Source: Sporomusaceae bacterium (GTDB lineage Bacteria; Bacillota; Negativicutes; Acidaminococcales; JAJUGR01). From it: a stretch of DNA of 64,000 bases. Each line of letters begins with the position of its first letter. Position 1 is the first letter of the stretch. The DNA lies in NCBI GenBank assembly GCA_029265905.1, contig JAJUGR010000005.1:68753-132752 (forward strand). The letters are read 5' to 3'. A program made the position numbers and the translations under genes. Of the stretch, positions 12,075-22,219 are shown in pieces. The notes under the pieces were generated by a model, which was not told the DNA's origin, ran no database searches, and worked only from the letters and a program-made list of their open reading frames with translations.

Positions 12075-12086
12075 GAGGCGGAAAAC

Positions 12087-13340
12087 ATGGAATTGGAGAA
12101 GCAGATTAGAGAACAGGCGCAGCTGGCAAAGCAAGCCGCAGGCCAATTGGCCAACCTGGGAACGCCCGTTAAAAACAAAATCCTGCTGGCAATGGCCGAT
12201 GCCTTGCTTGACGCCCGCCAACTCATTTTGGAGGCAAATCAGCGCGACATTCAGGCCGGCCGGAAAGCCGGACTGTCAAACGCGCTCCTTGACCGGCTGC
12301 TGTTGACGGACAACCGCCTGGAGGCAATGGCCATCGGCTTGCGGCAGGTGGCGGCCTTGCCCGATCCGGTCGGCGAGGTGCTGAGCGGACAGCGTTTGCC
12401 GAACGGGCTTGAAATCCGCAAGGTGCGTGTTCCGTTTGGCGTGGTGGGGATGATTTATGAAGCGCGCCCGAATGTCACGGTCGATGCGGCCGCACTCTGC
12501 CTCAAGTCGGGCAATGCCGCGCTGCTGCGCGGGGGCTCGGAGGCGCTGCAGTCGAATATTGCCCTGATGCAGGTTTTGCGTCAGGCTGGCGAGACAAACG
12601 GCCTGCCGGCGGGTGCGATCCAGCTGATCGAGACAACTGACCGCGAAGCCGTCAAAGTCATGCTGCGTCTGAACGGCCTGATTGACGTGGCGATTCCGCG
12701 CGGCGGGGCCGGTCTGATCCGCATGGTGGTCGAAACGAGCACGGTGCCGGTGATCGAAACAGGCATCGGCGTCTGCCACACTTTTGTTGACGCTGCCGCT
12801 GACCTGGGCATGGCGCAGAATATCGCCTTCAATGCGAAGGTGTCGCGGCCGGGCGTTTGCAACGCGATGGAAACCTTGCTTGTGCATAAAGACGTGGCGG
12901 AGGCTTTTTTGCCGCCGATGCTGTCACGCCTGGCGGCGGCTGAGGTGGAAATTCGCGGCTGCCCGGTTGTCTGCCGCCTTTATCCGCAAGCGATCGAAGC
13001 GGCAGATGAAGACTGGAGCACCGAGTATTCTGACTTGATCCTGTCCGTCCGGGTTGTTGACAGCCTGGAAGAAGCGTTGGCGCACATCGCCGCCTACGGC
13101 ACGCGCCACTCGGAGGCGATTGTCACCAACGACTACCGGGCGGCCAAACGTTTTCAGCAAGAGGTGGATGCGGCAGCTGTCTATGTCAACGCCTCGACAC
13201 GTTTTACCGACGGCTTTGAATTTGGCTTCGGGGCGGAAATCGGCATCAGCACGCAAAAACTGCATGCACGAGGGCCGATGGGGTTGGTTGAATTAACCAG
13301 CATTAAATATCTGGTCGATGGCTCCGGCCAAATTCGTTAG
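12087..13340 (+). CDS. proA: Gamma-glutamyl phosphate reductase
   Basis: IYEARPNVT, VCNAMETLL, GAEIGISTQKLHARGP. Confidence 0.97.
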   Translation: MELEKQIREQAQLAKQAAGQLANLGTPVKNKILLAMADALLDARQLILEANQRDIQAGRKAGLSNALLDRLLLTDNRLEAMAIGLRQVAALPDPVGEVLSGQRLPNGLEIRKVRVPFGVVGMIYEARPNVTVDAAALCLKSGNAALLRGGSEALQSNIALMQVLRQAGETNGLPAGAIQLIETTDREAVKVMLRLNGLIDVAIPRGGAGLIRMVVETSTVPVIETGIGVCHTFVDAAADLGMAQNIAFNAKVSRPGVCNAMETLLVHKDVAEAFLPPMLSRLAAAEVEIRGCPVVCRLYPQAIEAADEDWSTEYSDLILSVRVVDSLEEALAHIAAYGTRHSEAIVTNDYRAAKRFQQEVDAAAVYVNASTRFTDGFEFGFGAEIGISTQKLHARGPMGLVELTSIKYLVDGSGQIR

Positions 13341-13373
13341 CGGAGCCGATTCGACGGAAAAGAGGTGGCAGGG

Positions 13374-14465
13374 ATGCCGTTCAAGACGAGCAGTTGGAAA
13401 CCTTGGCTGGTTTTTGCTTTTTTACTGGCGGCAGTTGCCGGCGGCGGATATTGGTATTATATGCGCGCGCAAGCGCCGGTTGCCGTCACGAAGACGGTTC
13501 GAGTCGAACGCGGCGACGTGGCGGCGTCTGTGTCGGCCACCGGTACGCTCGTGCCACTGAACAAAGTTGATGTGAGCTCTAAAATAACCGGACTGATCAC
13601 GAAAGTGTCGGTCAAGGAAAATGACCTTGTCAAGCAGGGGCAGGTCATGATTGAGCTCGACGACAAGCAACTGCAAAGCGATAAAGCGCAGGTGCAGGCG
13701 AAGCTGAACAATGCCTCGCAAAATTACCTGCGCTACAAGGAATTGCTGGCTCAAGGCGCCATCAGCACCCAGCAATTCGACCAGGCCGAAACCGATTATT
13801 TGGTGGCGAAAGCGACTTACGACAATGCCGTTTCGAAATTGGACGACACCATTATCCGGGCTCCGATTGACGGGATCGTGATCGGCAAGCCAATTTCCGC
13901 CGGCCAAACGGTGGCCCCCGGCATTTCGACGCCGATGGTGCTGCTGACGGTGGCCGAGCTGACGGTAATGCAGATTGAAACGTTGGTGGATGAATCAGAC
14001 ATTGGCCGCATCGCCGTGGGGCAGCGCGTTTCCTTTACCGTTGACTCCTACCCAAACCTGACTTTTTCCGGCTCGGTAACGAATGTCTCCCGAAAATCAG
14101 TGGTGCAGCAAAACGTCGTTTATTACACGGTGCTGGTGGATGTTGATGATACGAAGGGCAAGCTGTTTCCGTCCATGACGGCGCGCGTCTCGGTCAACGT
14201 CGGCGAAAGCAAAGGGGTTTTGTTGCTGCCGTTATCCGCGCTGCGGGAGCGCAAAGGTCAAAAGTATGTTTCCGTGCAGCGTCCGGATGGCTCGATCGAA
14301 GACGTGAACGTCGAGGTGGGGCTGATGGGCGAAGAAAAGGTAGAGGTGCGAGGCGGGCTGTCTGAGGGCGATCAGGTGGTAACGCGGTCGGCAACGGCAC
14401 CAAAAACAACCCAGTCCTCTCAGCGGCAGCTCAATCAGGTGATCAGAACCGGGGGGGGACGGTAA
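13374..14465 (+). CDS. Efflux periplasmic adaptor subunit (MacA-like)
   Basis: N-terminal TM, lipoyl/hairpin MFP pattern (VSSKITG...IRAPIDG), VDESDIG; GAGGTG RBS before ATG 13374. Confidence 0.88.
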   Translation: MPFKTSSWKPWLVFAFLLAAVAGGGYWYYMRAQAPVAVTKTVRVERGDVAASVSATGTLVPLNKVDVSSKITGLITKVSVKENDLVKQGQVMIELDDKQLQSDKAQVQAKLNNASQNYLRYKELLAQGAISTQQFDQAETDYLVAKATYDNAVSKLDDTIIRAPIDGIVIGKPISAGQTVAPGISTPMVLLTVAELTVMQIETLVDESDIGRIAVGQRVSFTVDSYPNLTFSGSVTNVSRKSVVQQNVVYYTVLVDVDDTKGKLFPSMTARVSVNVGESKGVLLLPLSALRERKGQKYVSVQRPDGSIEDVNVEVGLMGEEKVEVRGGLSEGDQVVTRSATAPKTTQSSQRQLNQVIRTGGGR

Positions 14466-15169
14466 TGAAAGCGCAGCAAGGGAAAGAGAAGGTCATCGTG
14501 CTGGAGAATGTCGTTAAGACTTATTCCATGGGAGATGCCTCTTTCAATGCGCTGGATGGCGTTGACTTGTCAATTGAAAAAGGATCGTTCGTTTCAATAA
14601 TGGGGCCATCGGGATCGGGCAAATCAACGATGATGAATATTTTGGGATGCCTTGATCGTCCGACGAGTGGCGCCTACTGGCTTGATGGGCAGCAGGTTGC
14701 CGATCTGTCGGATGATGAGCTTGCTACTGTTCGAAACAAGAAAATAGGCTTTGTCTTTCAAAATTTTAACCTCCTGCCTCGCATGAGTGCGTTGCAGAAC
14801 GTGGCTTTACCGCTTACCTATGCCGGCGTACCGTTGGCGGAACGTTTGCGACGGGCTAAAGCCGCGCTGGAAGCGGTTGGTTTAGGCGACCGGATTAATC
14901 ACAAGCCGAACGAGATGTCCGGCGGACAACGGCAACGCGTCGCTATCGCCCGTGCGGTGATTAACGAACCGGCGATTTTGCTGGCCGACGAACCGACCGG
15001 CAACCTGGACACGAAGTCGGGCGAGGAGGTCATGAAAATTTTTGCTGCCATACACGAGCAGGGGCGCACGGTCATTTTGGTTACGCATGAGCCGGAAATC
15101 GCTGCCTATACGCAGCGCGTCATCTACATGCGCGACGGGCGGATTGTTCAGGATGAAACGAGAGTGTAG
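14465..15169 (+). CDS. ABC transporter ATP-binding protein (MacB/LolD family)
   Basis: GPSGSGKST, MSGGQRQRVAIARA, LADEPTGNLD. Confidence 0.93.
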   Translation: MKAQQGKEKVIVLENVVKTYSMGDASFNALDGVDLSIEKGSFVSIMGPSGSGKSTMMNILGCLDRPTSGAYWLDGQQVADLSDDELATVRNKKIGFVFQNFNLLPRMSALQNVALPLTYAGVPLAERLRRAKAALEAVGLGDRINHKPNEMSGGQRQRVAIARAVINEPAILLADEPTGNLDTKSGEEVMKIFAAIHEQGRTVILVTHEPEIAAYTQRVIYMRDGRIVQDETRV

Positions 15170-15179
15170 GTGAGCGGAG

Positions 15180-16394
15180 ATGGTGTGGGAGAGTGTATTG
15201 ATTGCTTTAGAGTCGCTGCGCGTTAACAAGCTGCGCTCGATCCTGACCATGCTCGGTATCATTATTGGCGTCGGGGCCGTCATTGCTATGGTGGCGATTG
15301 GCCTTGGCGTGCGTGAAAAGGTGAAGGGCTCGATCGCCGGACTTGGCAGCAATTTGCTGATTGTGACTCCTGGCGGCGTGTCGCCTACCGGCATTCGGCT
15401 TGCTGCCGGCAGCGGAACCCGCCTGACGCTGGATGATGTCCGCGCCATACAGAGGGAAGTTGAGGGCGCCATTTACGTTATTCCTAGCGTACAGCGCCAG
15501 TATCAGCTTATAGCCGGAAACCAGAACTGGACAAGTTCGGTCGAAGGCACCTCGCCGGATTGGCTGGGCGTCCGCGGGTTTGAGGTTGTCAGCGGCGCTT
15601 TTTTCGGCAGTCAGGACGTGGATGCGCGGGCTCGGGTGGCGGTTATCGGACAGACCGTAGCGCTGAACCTGTTTGGCGAGGTTGATCCTGTCGGCCTGAG
15701 CATTCGCATCGACAAGGCCCCTTTTAAAGTGATCGGCGTGTTGGGCGCGAAAGGACAGTCCGCAACCGGTTCGGATCAGGATGATATTGTTATCATCCCG
15801 GTCACAACCGCCATGCAGAGGTTGCAGGGGGTTACGTACATCAACCGGATCAGCATTCAGGCGGAGTCGGAAACGGTTCTTGACCAGGTGCAGGAGGATG
15901 TAACACAGTTGCTTCGCTCGCGCCACCGTCTGTCGGCAACCATGCCGGATGATTTTACGGTGCGTAATTTATCAGCCATCATGGAGGCGGCGGTCGAGAC
16001 GACCAATACCATCACCCTGCTGCTGGGCAATATTGCCGCGATCAGCCTTTTGGTCGGCGGTATTGGCATCATGAATATCATGCTGGTGTCAGTGACGGAG
16101 CGCACCCGGGAAATTGGCATCCGGAAGGCGCTTGGTGCAACCTACAGAAGCATTTTGCTGCAGTTTTTGATCGAATCAATCGTGATCGGGGTGGTCGGAG
16201 GGAGCCTGGGCATTTTGCTTGGGATCGGCGCTTCCTACGTTATCTCTTATTTTTCCGAATGGCAGACCTTCATTGCCCCCTGGTCGATGCTGCTGGCCTT
16301 TTCCTTCTCTGTCGGGATCGGGCTGGTCTTTGGCCTTTATCCGGCCCGCAAAGCAGCCCTGCTTGATCCGATTGAAGCTTTGCGTTATGAGTGA
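15180..16394 (+). CDS. ABC transporter permease (MacB/FtsX family)
   Basis: RSILTMLGIIIG, GGIGIMNIMLVSVTERTREIGIRKALGA, DPIEALRYE. Confidence 0.93.
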   Translation: MVWESVLIALESLRVNKLRSILTMLGIIIGVGAVIAMVAIGLGVREKVKGSIAGLGSNLLIVTPGGVSPTGIRLAAGSGTRLTLDDVRAIQREVEGAIYVIPSVQRQYQLIAGNQNWTSSVEGTSPDWLGVRGFEVVSGAFFGSQDVDARARVAVIGQTVALNLFGEVDPVGLSIRIDKAPFKVIGVLGAKGQSATGSDQDDIVIIPVTTAMQRLQGVTYINRISIQAESETVLDQVQEDVTQLLRSRHRLSATMPDDFTVRNLSAIMEAAVETTNTITLLLGNIAAISLLVGGIGIMNIMLVSVTERTREIGIRKALGATYRSILLQFLIESIVIGVVGGSLGILLGIGASYVISYFSEWQTFIAPWSMLLAFSFSVGIGLVFGLYPARKAALLDPIEALRYE

Positions 16395-16406
16395 GGTGGT
16401 GATCTC

Positions 16407-16556
16407 GTGCGTGAAATCTGGCGCGCTTGGCGCGGCTATTGCCGTGATCCAAAGAACAGATGGGACTTTTTTGATCAGACGCGAGCTGGTTTGATTATCG
16501 GCGCGACAGGCTTGGTGGCATACCATCTGCTGGTTGTACTAACAGCTGGCTATTGA
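16407..16556 (+). CDS. Putative 49-aa small membrane protein (not in the ORF track)
   Basis: GAGGTGGTGA RBS, GTG start, MREIWRAWRGYCRDPKNRWDFFDQTRAGLIIGATGLVAYHLLVVLTAGY with hydrophobic C-terminal half; fills the permease-nadD gap. Confidence 0.55.
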   Translation: MREIWRAWRGYCRDPKNRWDFFDQTRAGLIIGATGLVAYHLLVVLTAGY

Positions 16557-16562
16557 TATAAT
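16534..16562 (+). promoter_or_regulatory. Sigma-A promoter upstream of nadD
   Basis: TTGTAC-17-TATAAT with extended TG. Confidence 0.65.
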
Positions 16563-16604
16563 GGATAAGCAAGATCGCAGACTTTAACTTCGGAGGCCGC
16601 TAGT

Positions 16605-17213
16605 ATGGAAAAAAGAAGGATCGGCATCATGGGAGGAACCTTTGATCCGATTCACATCGGACACTTGGTCATCGCCGAAGCCGTATATGAAACTTATCGC
16701 CTGGACAAAGTGTTGTTCATTCCGGCCAGTTCTCCGCCGCATAAGCCTGGGGTTAAAGTGGCGCCTGCTTTGCACCGTTATGTCATGACGGTCCTTGCCA
16801 CCGTTGGACATCCGGCCTTCAGCGTTTCAGACATTGAAATGAGACGTCCAGGCCCCTCTTATTCCTATGATACGGTGCGTGCCTTGCGACAGGAAATGGG
16901 TGATGGCTGCGAGTTCTTTTTTATATTAGGAACTGACGCGGCCAAGGAACTGGGTACCTGGAACAATGTTGATGAATTGCTTGACCTATGCCATTTTGTC
17001 GCGGCTACCCGGCCAGGCACGCAGCGCGCCGTTGACGACGTAATCAAGCAGTTTGGTGAAAAGGGACAGGCAAAAATCCATCCGCTCTCTACGCCGGAAT
17101 TGGCGATTTCTGCAACTGATATTCGCAAACGAATTCAAACCGGCCGATCGGTTCGCTTTATCCTGCCTGAACAGGTGGAGGCTTATATTAAGAAAGAAGG
17201 TCTTTATCGTTGA
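16605..17213 (+). CDS. nadD: Nicotinate-nucleotide adenylyltransferase
   Basis: GGTFDPIHIGH, PPHK, ISATDIR. Confidence 0.96.
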   Translation: MEKRRIGIMGGTFDPIHIGHLVIAEAVYETYRLDKVLFIPASSPPHKPGVKVAPALHRYVMTVLATVGHPAFSVSDIEMRRPGPSYSYDTVRALRQEMGDGCEFFFILGTDAAKELGTWNNVDELLDLCHFVAATRPGTQRAVDDVIKQFGEKGQAKIHPLSTPELAISATDIRKRIQTGRSVRFILPEQVEAYIKKEGLYR

Positions 17214-17821
17214 GTTCCATAAATAGTCATTTGCAAGCGCAACAAGAAAAACTCAAGGATATGCTGTCGGAAAGGCGGTACCAGCACTCCGTGGCGGTAA
17301 TGGAAACGGCCGTCTTGCTGGCGCAGCGCTACCGCGCTGATGTTGAAAAGACTGCGTTGGCGGCCTTGCTTCATGACTGCGGGAGATCGATTCCACTGGA
17401 GGATGTGGTGTCGAGCGCAATTGATTTCGACATCCAGCCTGATGAGATAGAGCGCCAGCATCCTATTTTGCTGCATGCCAAGGTCGGCGCTGTGTTAGCC
17501 CAGCTTGAATTTGGCGTCACAGATGAGGAAGTTATTCATGCGATTCAACGGCACACGGTCGGCGGGGCAAACCTGTCAAAAATCGCAAAGATACTGTACC
17601 TGGCGGATATGATCGAACCAGGGCGGGATTATGAGGGCGTTGCGTCGTTGCGCCAGCTTGCCGCGCAGCATTTGGACTCCGCGCTCCTGGCCGCGTATGA
17701 AAAAAGCATCGGGTTTGTTTTAAACCGGCGGATGTTGCTGCATCCCGACACTGTGGCCGGCAGAAATGAGCTGGTCGTCAAGTTGGGGGCCGGGTCACCC
17801 TGCAGAGGAGAATTTGCTTAG
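17210..17821 (+). CDS. yqeK: HD-domain Ap4A hydrolase YqeK
   Basis: RYQHS, LLHD, LLHA, YLADMIEPGR; nadD-yqeK-rsfS synteny. Confidence 0.9.
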   Translation: MSSINSHLQAQQEKLKDMLSERRYQHSVAVMETAVLLAQRYRADVEKTALAALLHDCGRSIPLEDVVSSAIDFDIQPDEIERQHPILLHAKVGAVLAQLEFGVTDEEVIHAIQRHTVGGANLSKIAKILYLADMIEPGRDYEGVASLRQLAAQHLDSALLAAYEKSIGFVLNRRMLLHPDTVAGRNELVVKLGAGSPCRGEFA

Positions 17822-17822
17822 C

Positions 17823-18806
17823 ATGAGATATGACGAGCAGGCCGGTTGCCGGAAGACGCCGCACAGACGTTTTCGCTGGGGTCGCTTTGTCTTGCTGCTG
17901 CTGTTTTTTTTCGGCTCGATAGCCCTGTTCTTTTTCGGGGGGCGTTTTGCATACGAATTCTTTTTTGCCGATGATGCCAATTTGGCAATTGTGCAGCCGA
18001 CAGACAAAAGCTTGACCCAAGAAACCTTGAACCGGCGGATCAATATTTTGCTCCTCGGTACCGACGAAGGCGATAATGAGTTTCCGGACGCGCCCAAGCG
18101 GACCGACACGATGATGCTGGCCAGCATCGACCCAGCGAAAAAAGAGATTGCCCTATTATCGATTCCGCGGGATACGCGGGTTGCGATTCCCGGGCGAAGG
18201 GGCAACGACAAGATTAATCATGCGTACGCTTATGGCGGCGTTGCGCTGACGAAACAAACAGTAGCCAATTTATTGCAGGTGCCTGTTCATTACCATGTGA
18301 CGATTGATTGGAAAGCGTTCGTTCAAGTCGTTGATATTTTAGGCGGCGTCAATTTATACGTCGAAAACGACATGGCGTATGAGGACCCGTACGCCGACCT
18401 GAAAATAGAGCTCAAGAAGGGTTATCAGCATTTGGACGGACAAAAAGCGGGCCAATACGTGCGGTTCCGCAGCGACGAGCTGGGTGATATTGGCCGGGTG
18501 CAACGTCAGCAGCGCTTCATGAAGGCTATGCTCGAAGAAACAGCCCAAGTCGAAACGGTGCTCAAGCTCCCGAGTTTGATTTCTACGCTCGACCGCTATA
18601 TTGATACGGACATGTCGGTGATGACGATGGCTAAAACGGCCAATACGGTTAAGAGTTTTGGCGCCAGCGGTCTGCATAGCAATATGCTGCCCGGCGAGCC
18701 GGAATTGATCGGCGGCGTCAGCTATTGGGTTGTTAATGAGGCGGAGATGAGGAATATGCTCGATCGATTGAATGTTCCTTATGTCGGTTCGAAAAATAAA
18801 CGATAA
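17823..18806 (+). CDS. LCP (LytR-CpsA-Psr) family protein
   Basis: NILLLGTD, RTDTMML, SIPRDT, KINHAY, DIGRVQRQ. Confidence 0.92.
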   Translation: MRYDEQAGCRKTPHRRFRWGRFVLLLLFFFGSIALFFFGGRFAYEFFFADDANLAIVQPTDKSLTQETLNRRINILLLGTDEGDNEFPDAPKRTDTMMLASIDPAKKEIALLSIPRDTRVAIPGRRGNDKINHAYAYGGVALTKQTVANLLQVPVHYHVTIDWKAFVQVVDILGGVNLYVENDMAYEDPYADLKIELKKGYQHLDGQKAGQYVRFRSDELGDIGRVQRQQRFMKAMLEETAQVETVLKLPSLISTLDRYIDTDMSVMTMAKTANTVKSFGASGLHSNMLPGEPELIGGVSYWVVNEAEMRNMLDRLNVPYVGSKNKR

Positions 18807-18828
18807 TGAGGAGTGTGAGGGAAAAGAG

Positions 18829-19176
18829 ATGATGGATTCGAAAAAGATTGCGGAATTGATTGCCCGCGCCGGCAGCGAGAAAAAGGCCGACGACATTTTG
18901 CTATTGGAACTGAAAGCGTTGACGATCATGACGGATTATTTTATTATCATGAGCGCCTCTAATACGCGGTTGGTGCAAGCAATTGCCGACAACATTGAGG
19001 AGGAACTCGGAAAAGCCGGCGTCATCCCGCTGCGCAAGGAAGGGTATCAGGAGGGACGCTGGATTCTCATGGATTATGGCGTTTGCGTCGCGCACATCTT
19101 TCTGCAGGATGAACGGGCGTTCTATAACCTCGAGCAACTGTGGGCCGATGCGCCGTCTGTTTCGTTTGAGGAATAA
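18829..19176 (+). CDS. rsfS: Ribosome silencing factor
   Basis: KKADDI, DYFII, WILMDYG, FYNLEQLW. Confidence 0.95.
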   Translation: MMDSKKIAELIARAGSEKKADDILLLELKALTIMTDYFIIMSASNTRLVQAIADNIEEELGKAGVIPLRKEGYQEGRWILMDYGVCVAHIFLQDERAFYNLEQLWADAPSVSFEE

Positions 19177-19185
19177 TAGTAAGAG

Positions 19186-19223
19186 AAAACACCTTCTGGC
19201 TGGTTGGCCAGAAGGTGTTTTTC
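19186..19223 (+). terminator. Intrinsic terminator after rsfS
   Basis: AAAACACCTTCTGGC-loop-GCCAGAAGGTGTTTT hairpin. Confidence 0.85.
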
Positions 19224-19315
19224 ATTTTGTTTTCATAATAACCCCCTATACTTTGTAGTAGTGAACAAGTTGCCGAACGTTTTAGGATGATATTGAGATT
19301 AGAGCAGGTGCGGTT

Positions 19316-20182
19316 ATGAAACAACTGATTGTCAATGCGGATGATTTTGGGCTGCATGAGTCGATTAACGACGGCATCGTCGAGGCGCACATGGCGGGGT
19401 GCGTGACCAGCGCTTCCCTTATGGCGGGCGGCGCCGCTTTTGAACATGCGGTTCAACTGGCTAATCGGCACGATCGTTTGGGGATAGGAGTGCACCTGAC
19501 GCTGGTCGGAGCAAACCCGGTAGCGCGCGGCGACGTGCACACGCTGCTAACGGAGGCCGGAACTTTTTTTCCCAGTTATGGGCAGTTTATCAAGCAATAC
19601 CTGCTTGGCCGCATAGCAAAGGCGCATATAGAGTATGAACTCCGGTGCCAAATGCAAAAAATAGTAAAAACGGGGATCAATATCACGCACATCGACAGTC
19701 ACCAACATCTTCATGTCCTGCCGGGCTTGCCGAAAGTCATTGTTCGATTGGCCAGGGAGTTTAATATTCATAAGATCAGAATCCCGGCTGAGCCAATACT
19801 TTTTTTGGGGACGTCGCCCTTGCCTGCCAGCCGGCATCTTGCCCGAGGCTGCCTTACTGTCTGTGCCTTGGCAGCCCGGCGGGTTTATAATCGGCAGGGG
19901 CTAGCTTCTCCCCAGTATTTTTTTGGCATGCTGAACGGCGGCGAGATGTCGCAAGCGGCCTTGCTGCACATTCTTGATAACTTGCCGCCCGGCATTTCCG
20001 AAATCATGGTTCATCCCGGAACAAATACTCAGGATTTGAGGCAGGCCTTTCCCTGGGGCTATCATTGGCAGGAGGAGCTAGCCTCCTTGAAAAGCGGCGC
20101 AGTGCTTGAGAAGCTGCAAAAAGATGATATCGCACTTGTGAATTTTAACAGCGCTGGTTTTGATGAATGCCGCTCAAAGTAA
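19316..20182 (+). CDS. YdjC/ChbG/HpnK-family carbohydrate deacetylase (NaxD/LgmC-like)
   Basis: LIVNADDFG, GVHLTL, THIDSHQHLH, EIMVHPG. Confidence 0.9.
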   Translation: MKQLIVNADDFGLHESINDGIVEAHMAGCVTSASLMAGGAAFEHAVQLANRHDRLGIGVHLTLVGANPVARGDVHTLLTEAGTFFPSYGQFIKQYLLGRIAKAHIEYELRCQMQKIVKTGINITHIDSHQHLHVLPGLPKVIVRLAREFNIHKIRIPAEPILFLGTSPLPASRHLARGCLTVCALAARRVYNRQGLASPQYFFGMLNGGEMSQAALLHILDNLPPGISEIMVHPGTNTQDLRQAFPWGYHWQEELASLKSGAVLEKLQKDDIALVNFNSAGFDECRSK

Positions 20183-20216
20183 TGCAGACGGGCGGGCAAC
20201 TGGAGGGGGATTTGTG

Positions 20217-21185
20217 ATGGTAAAGCGCGTTTCGATTATTGTGCCGGTCTATAATGAGCAGGAAAACATCCGCTATTTTTATCAGGAAGTACGAACCTAC
20301 ATGGATCCGCTAGGTTATTCGTATGAACTAATTTTTGTGGATGATGGGTCAACCGATAATACCGCGCCGATTCTGGAGCAAGTAGTGCGGCAGGATGGGC
20401 GCGTAAGGGCCATTTTGCTGGCACGCAACTTCGGGCATCAAATTGCGCTGACCTGCGGCTTGGACCATGCAAGCGGCGAGGCGGTGATTTCCATGGACGG
20501 GGATATGCAGCATCCGCCGGCGCTGCTGCCGGTATTGCTGGAAAAATGGGAGGCCGGTTTCGAAGTCGTCCAGACAATTCGTCTGGAGACGGAAGATGCG
20601 TCCTGGTTCAAAAAACATACGTCCAGCCTGTTTTATCGGCTGATCAATGCCATGTCGAATGTGTATGTTGCGGAAGGCGGCTCTGATTTCCGGCTGCTGG
20701 ACGGCAAGGCCGTGGCGACTTTTCTGCGCTTTAAAGAGCGGGCGCGGTTTATCCGGGGGCTCATTGGCGATCTAGGCTATCGGCAAACGTTTGTGGAGTT
20801 TACCGCTCCGCCACGGCATGCTGGAAAATCGAAGTTTTCGCTGCGTAAGATGCTGTCGTTTGCGCTAGACGGCATCACCTCTTTTTCAAAAATGCCGTTG
20901 CGGTTCGCCTTCTACGTCGGCTTGCTGTTGGGCCTGATCAGCTTTGGACTGACCTTGGATGTTGTTTACACAAAACTGTTTACAACCGGGGCTGTTCCCG
21001 GGTGGGCGACAATTGCGGCAAGCGTGCTGCTGTTGGGCGGATTGCAATTAGTTGGACTGGGGATCATCGGTGAATATGTTGGCCGCATATTTGAGGAAGT
21101 GAAGCACCGCCCTTTGTATTGGGTGAAAGACGAATTGCGCGGCAATGTCGAAGCGATTCCGAAAAACAAGCGAATGGCGCTGTGA
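20217..21185 (+). CDS. GT2 polyprenol-phosphate glycosyltransferase (ArnC/GtrB-like)
   Basis: IVPVYNE, VDDGSTD, RNFGHQ, MDGDMQHPP, two C-terminal TMs, GEYVGRIF. Confidence 0.92.
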   Translation: MVKRVSIIVPVYNEQENIRYFYQEVRTYMDPLGYSYELIFVDDGSTDNTAPILEQVVRQDGRVRAILLARNFGHQIALTCGLDHASGEAVISMDGDMQHPPALLPVLLEKWEAGFEVVQTIRLETEDASWFKKHTSSLFYRLINAMSNVYVAEGGSDFRLLDGKAVATFLRFKERARFIRGLIGDLGYRQTFVEFTAPPRHAGKSKFSLRKMLSFALDGITSFSKMPLRFAFYVGLLLGLISFGLTLDVVYTKLFTTGAVPGWATIAASVLLLGGLQLVGLGIIGEYVGRIFEEVKHRPLYWVKDELRGNVEAIPKNKRMAL

Positions 21186-21195
21186 AGGTAAGCTG

Positions 21196-22179
21196 ATGAA
21201 CTATTACAAGCGCTTAGCGGTATTGATTGCGGTTATTGCAGTTATTTCGGGAACGGTTGTTTATTTGACAAGCGAAGCGGGTTTGCTGCAGCGGCTAACG
21301 GCGTTTCGTCCGGAAGCTGTTTTGCTCGCTGTGGCCTTTTTAATCCTTGGCATGTATTTTGATGCCGCTCGCTTAGTCACCTTGGTGCGAATTACCGGAC
21401 AATATATATCACTACTTCAAGCTATGCAAGTAATCCTCAGCAACTATTTTCTGTCCATGCTGACCCCAGGGGCGACCGGCGGGCCGGTTGCGCAAGTGCT
21501 TTTTCTCCGCCGGCTGGGAATGCCGGCCGGCCAGGCTACGGTGGTGGTGCTGGTCAGGACGACTTTGTCGATCCTGTTTTTAGTGGTCTGCCTGCCTCTC
21601 GTCTTGTTTAGTTCGGCAAGCGAAGTGCTTTGGTTACGCTCAGAAACGGCAAATGGGATAGTGGCGGCTTTAGCGGGATTGGTTGGGGTCGGCGTTTGGT
21701 TTGCTCGGACAAGTCTGATGACGCGGTTTGTGATATGGCTGGCCCAAAAACTCTCTAAACCGCAGCGCCGCCGTGTGGGGAAACTGTACGGAGATATCCG
21801 GGAATCGTTGCGGTTGCTTCTTTCTTCACCCAAAGATATGGCCAGGGTGTTTGTTGAGACGGCCTTGAGTTTGCTTTGTTTGTATGCCATCGTTCCGGCC
21901 CTGTTTCTGGGATTGGGCGTGAAGGTGGATTGGCCGCTTATTATGGGGAGAATGATTGTCCTAAACTTTCTCTTGTATTTTGCGCCGACGCCAGGCGGTT
22001 CCGGGGTGGCGGAGGGCGGATTCGTTTTTTTGTTCAATAGCTATGTGCCGGCCGGTACGGTTGGCGCTTTAGCGGTTGCCTGGCGAATTTTGGCGGAGTA
22101 CATGCCGTTTCTTGCCGGCATGTATTTTACGCTGAAAGCGTTCGGGGCGCAGATGGTGGCAAACAAGCGAGCGGCCTGA
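21196..22179 (+). CDS. Lysylphosphatidylglycerol-synthase-TM (UPF0104) putative flippase
   Basis: Polytopic; TPGATGG, PTPGGSGVAE, WR motifs. Confidence 0.82.
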   Translation: MNYYKRLAVLIAVIAVISGTVVYLTSEAGLLQRLTAFRPEAVLLAVAFLILGMYFDAARLVTLVRITGQYISLLQAMQVILSNYFLSMLTPGATGGPVAQVLFLRRLGMPAGQATVVVLVRTTLSILFLVVCLPLVLFSSASEVLWLRSETANGIVAALAGLVGVGVWFARTSLMTRFVIWLAQKLSKPQRRRVGKLYGDIRESLRLLLSSPKDMARVFVETALSLLCLYAIVPALFLGLGVKVDWPLIMGRMIVLNFLLYFAPTPGGSGVAEGGFVFLFNSYVPAGTVGALAVAWRILAEYMPFLAGMYFTLKAFGAQMVANKRAA

Positions 22180-22219
22180 TTTATAATGAAAATTATCCGA
22201 AGAGGAGAACAAACTGCTT

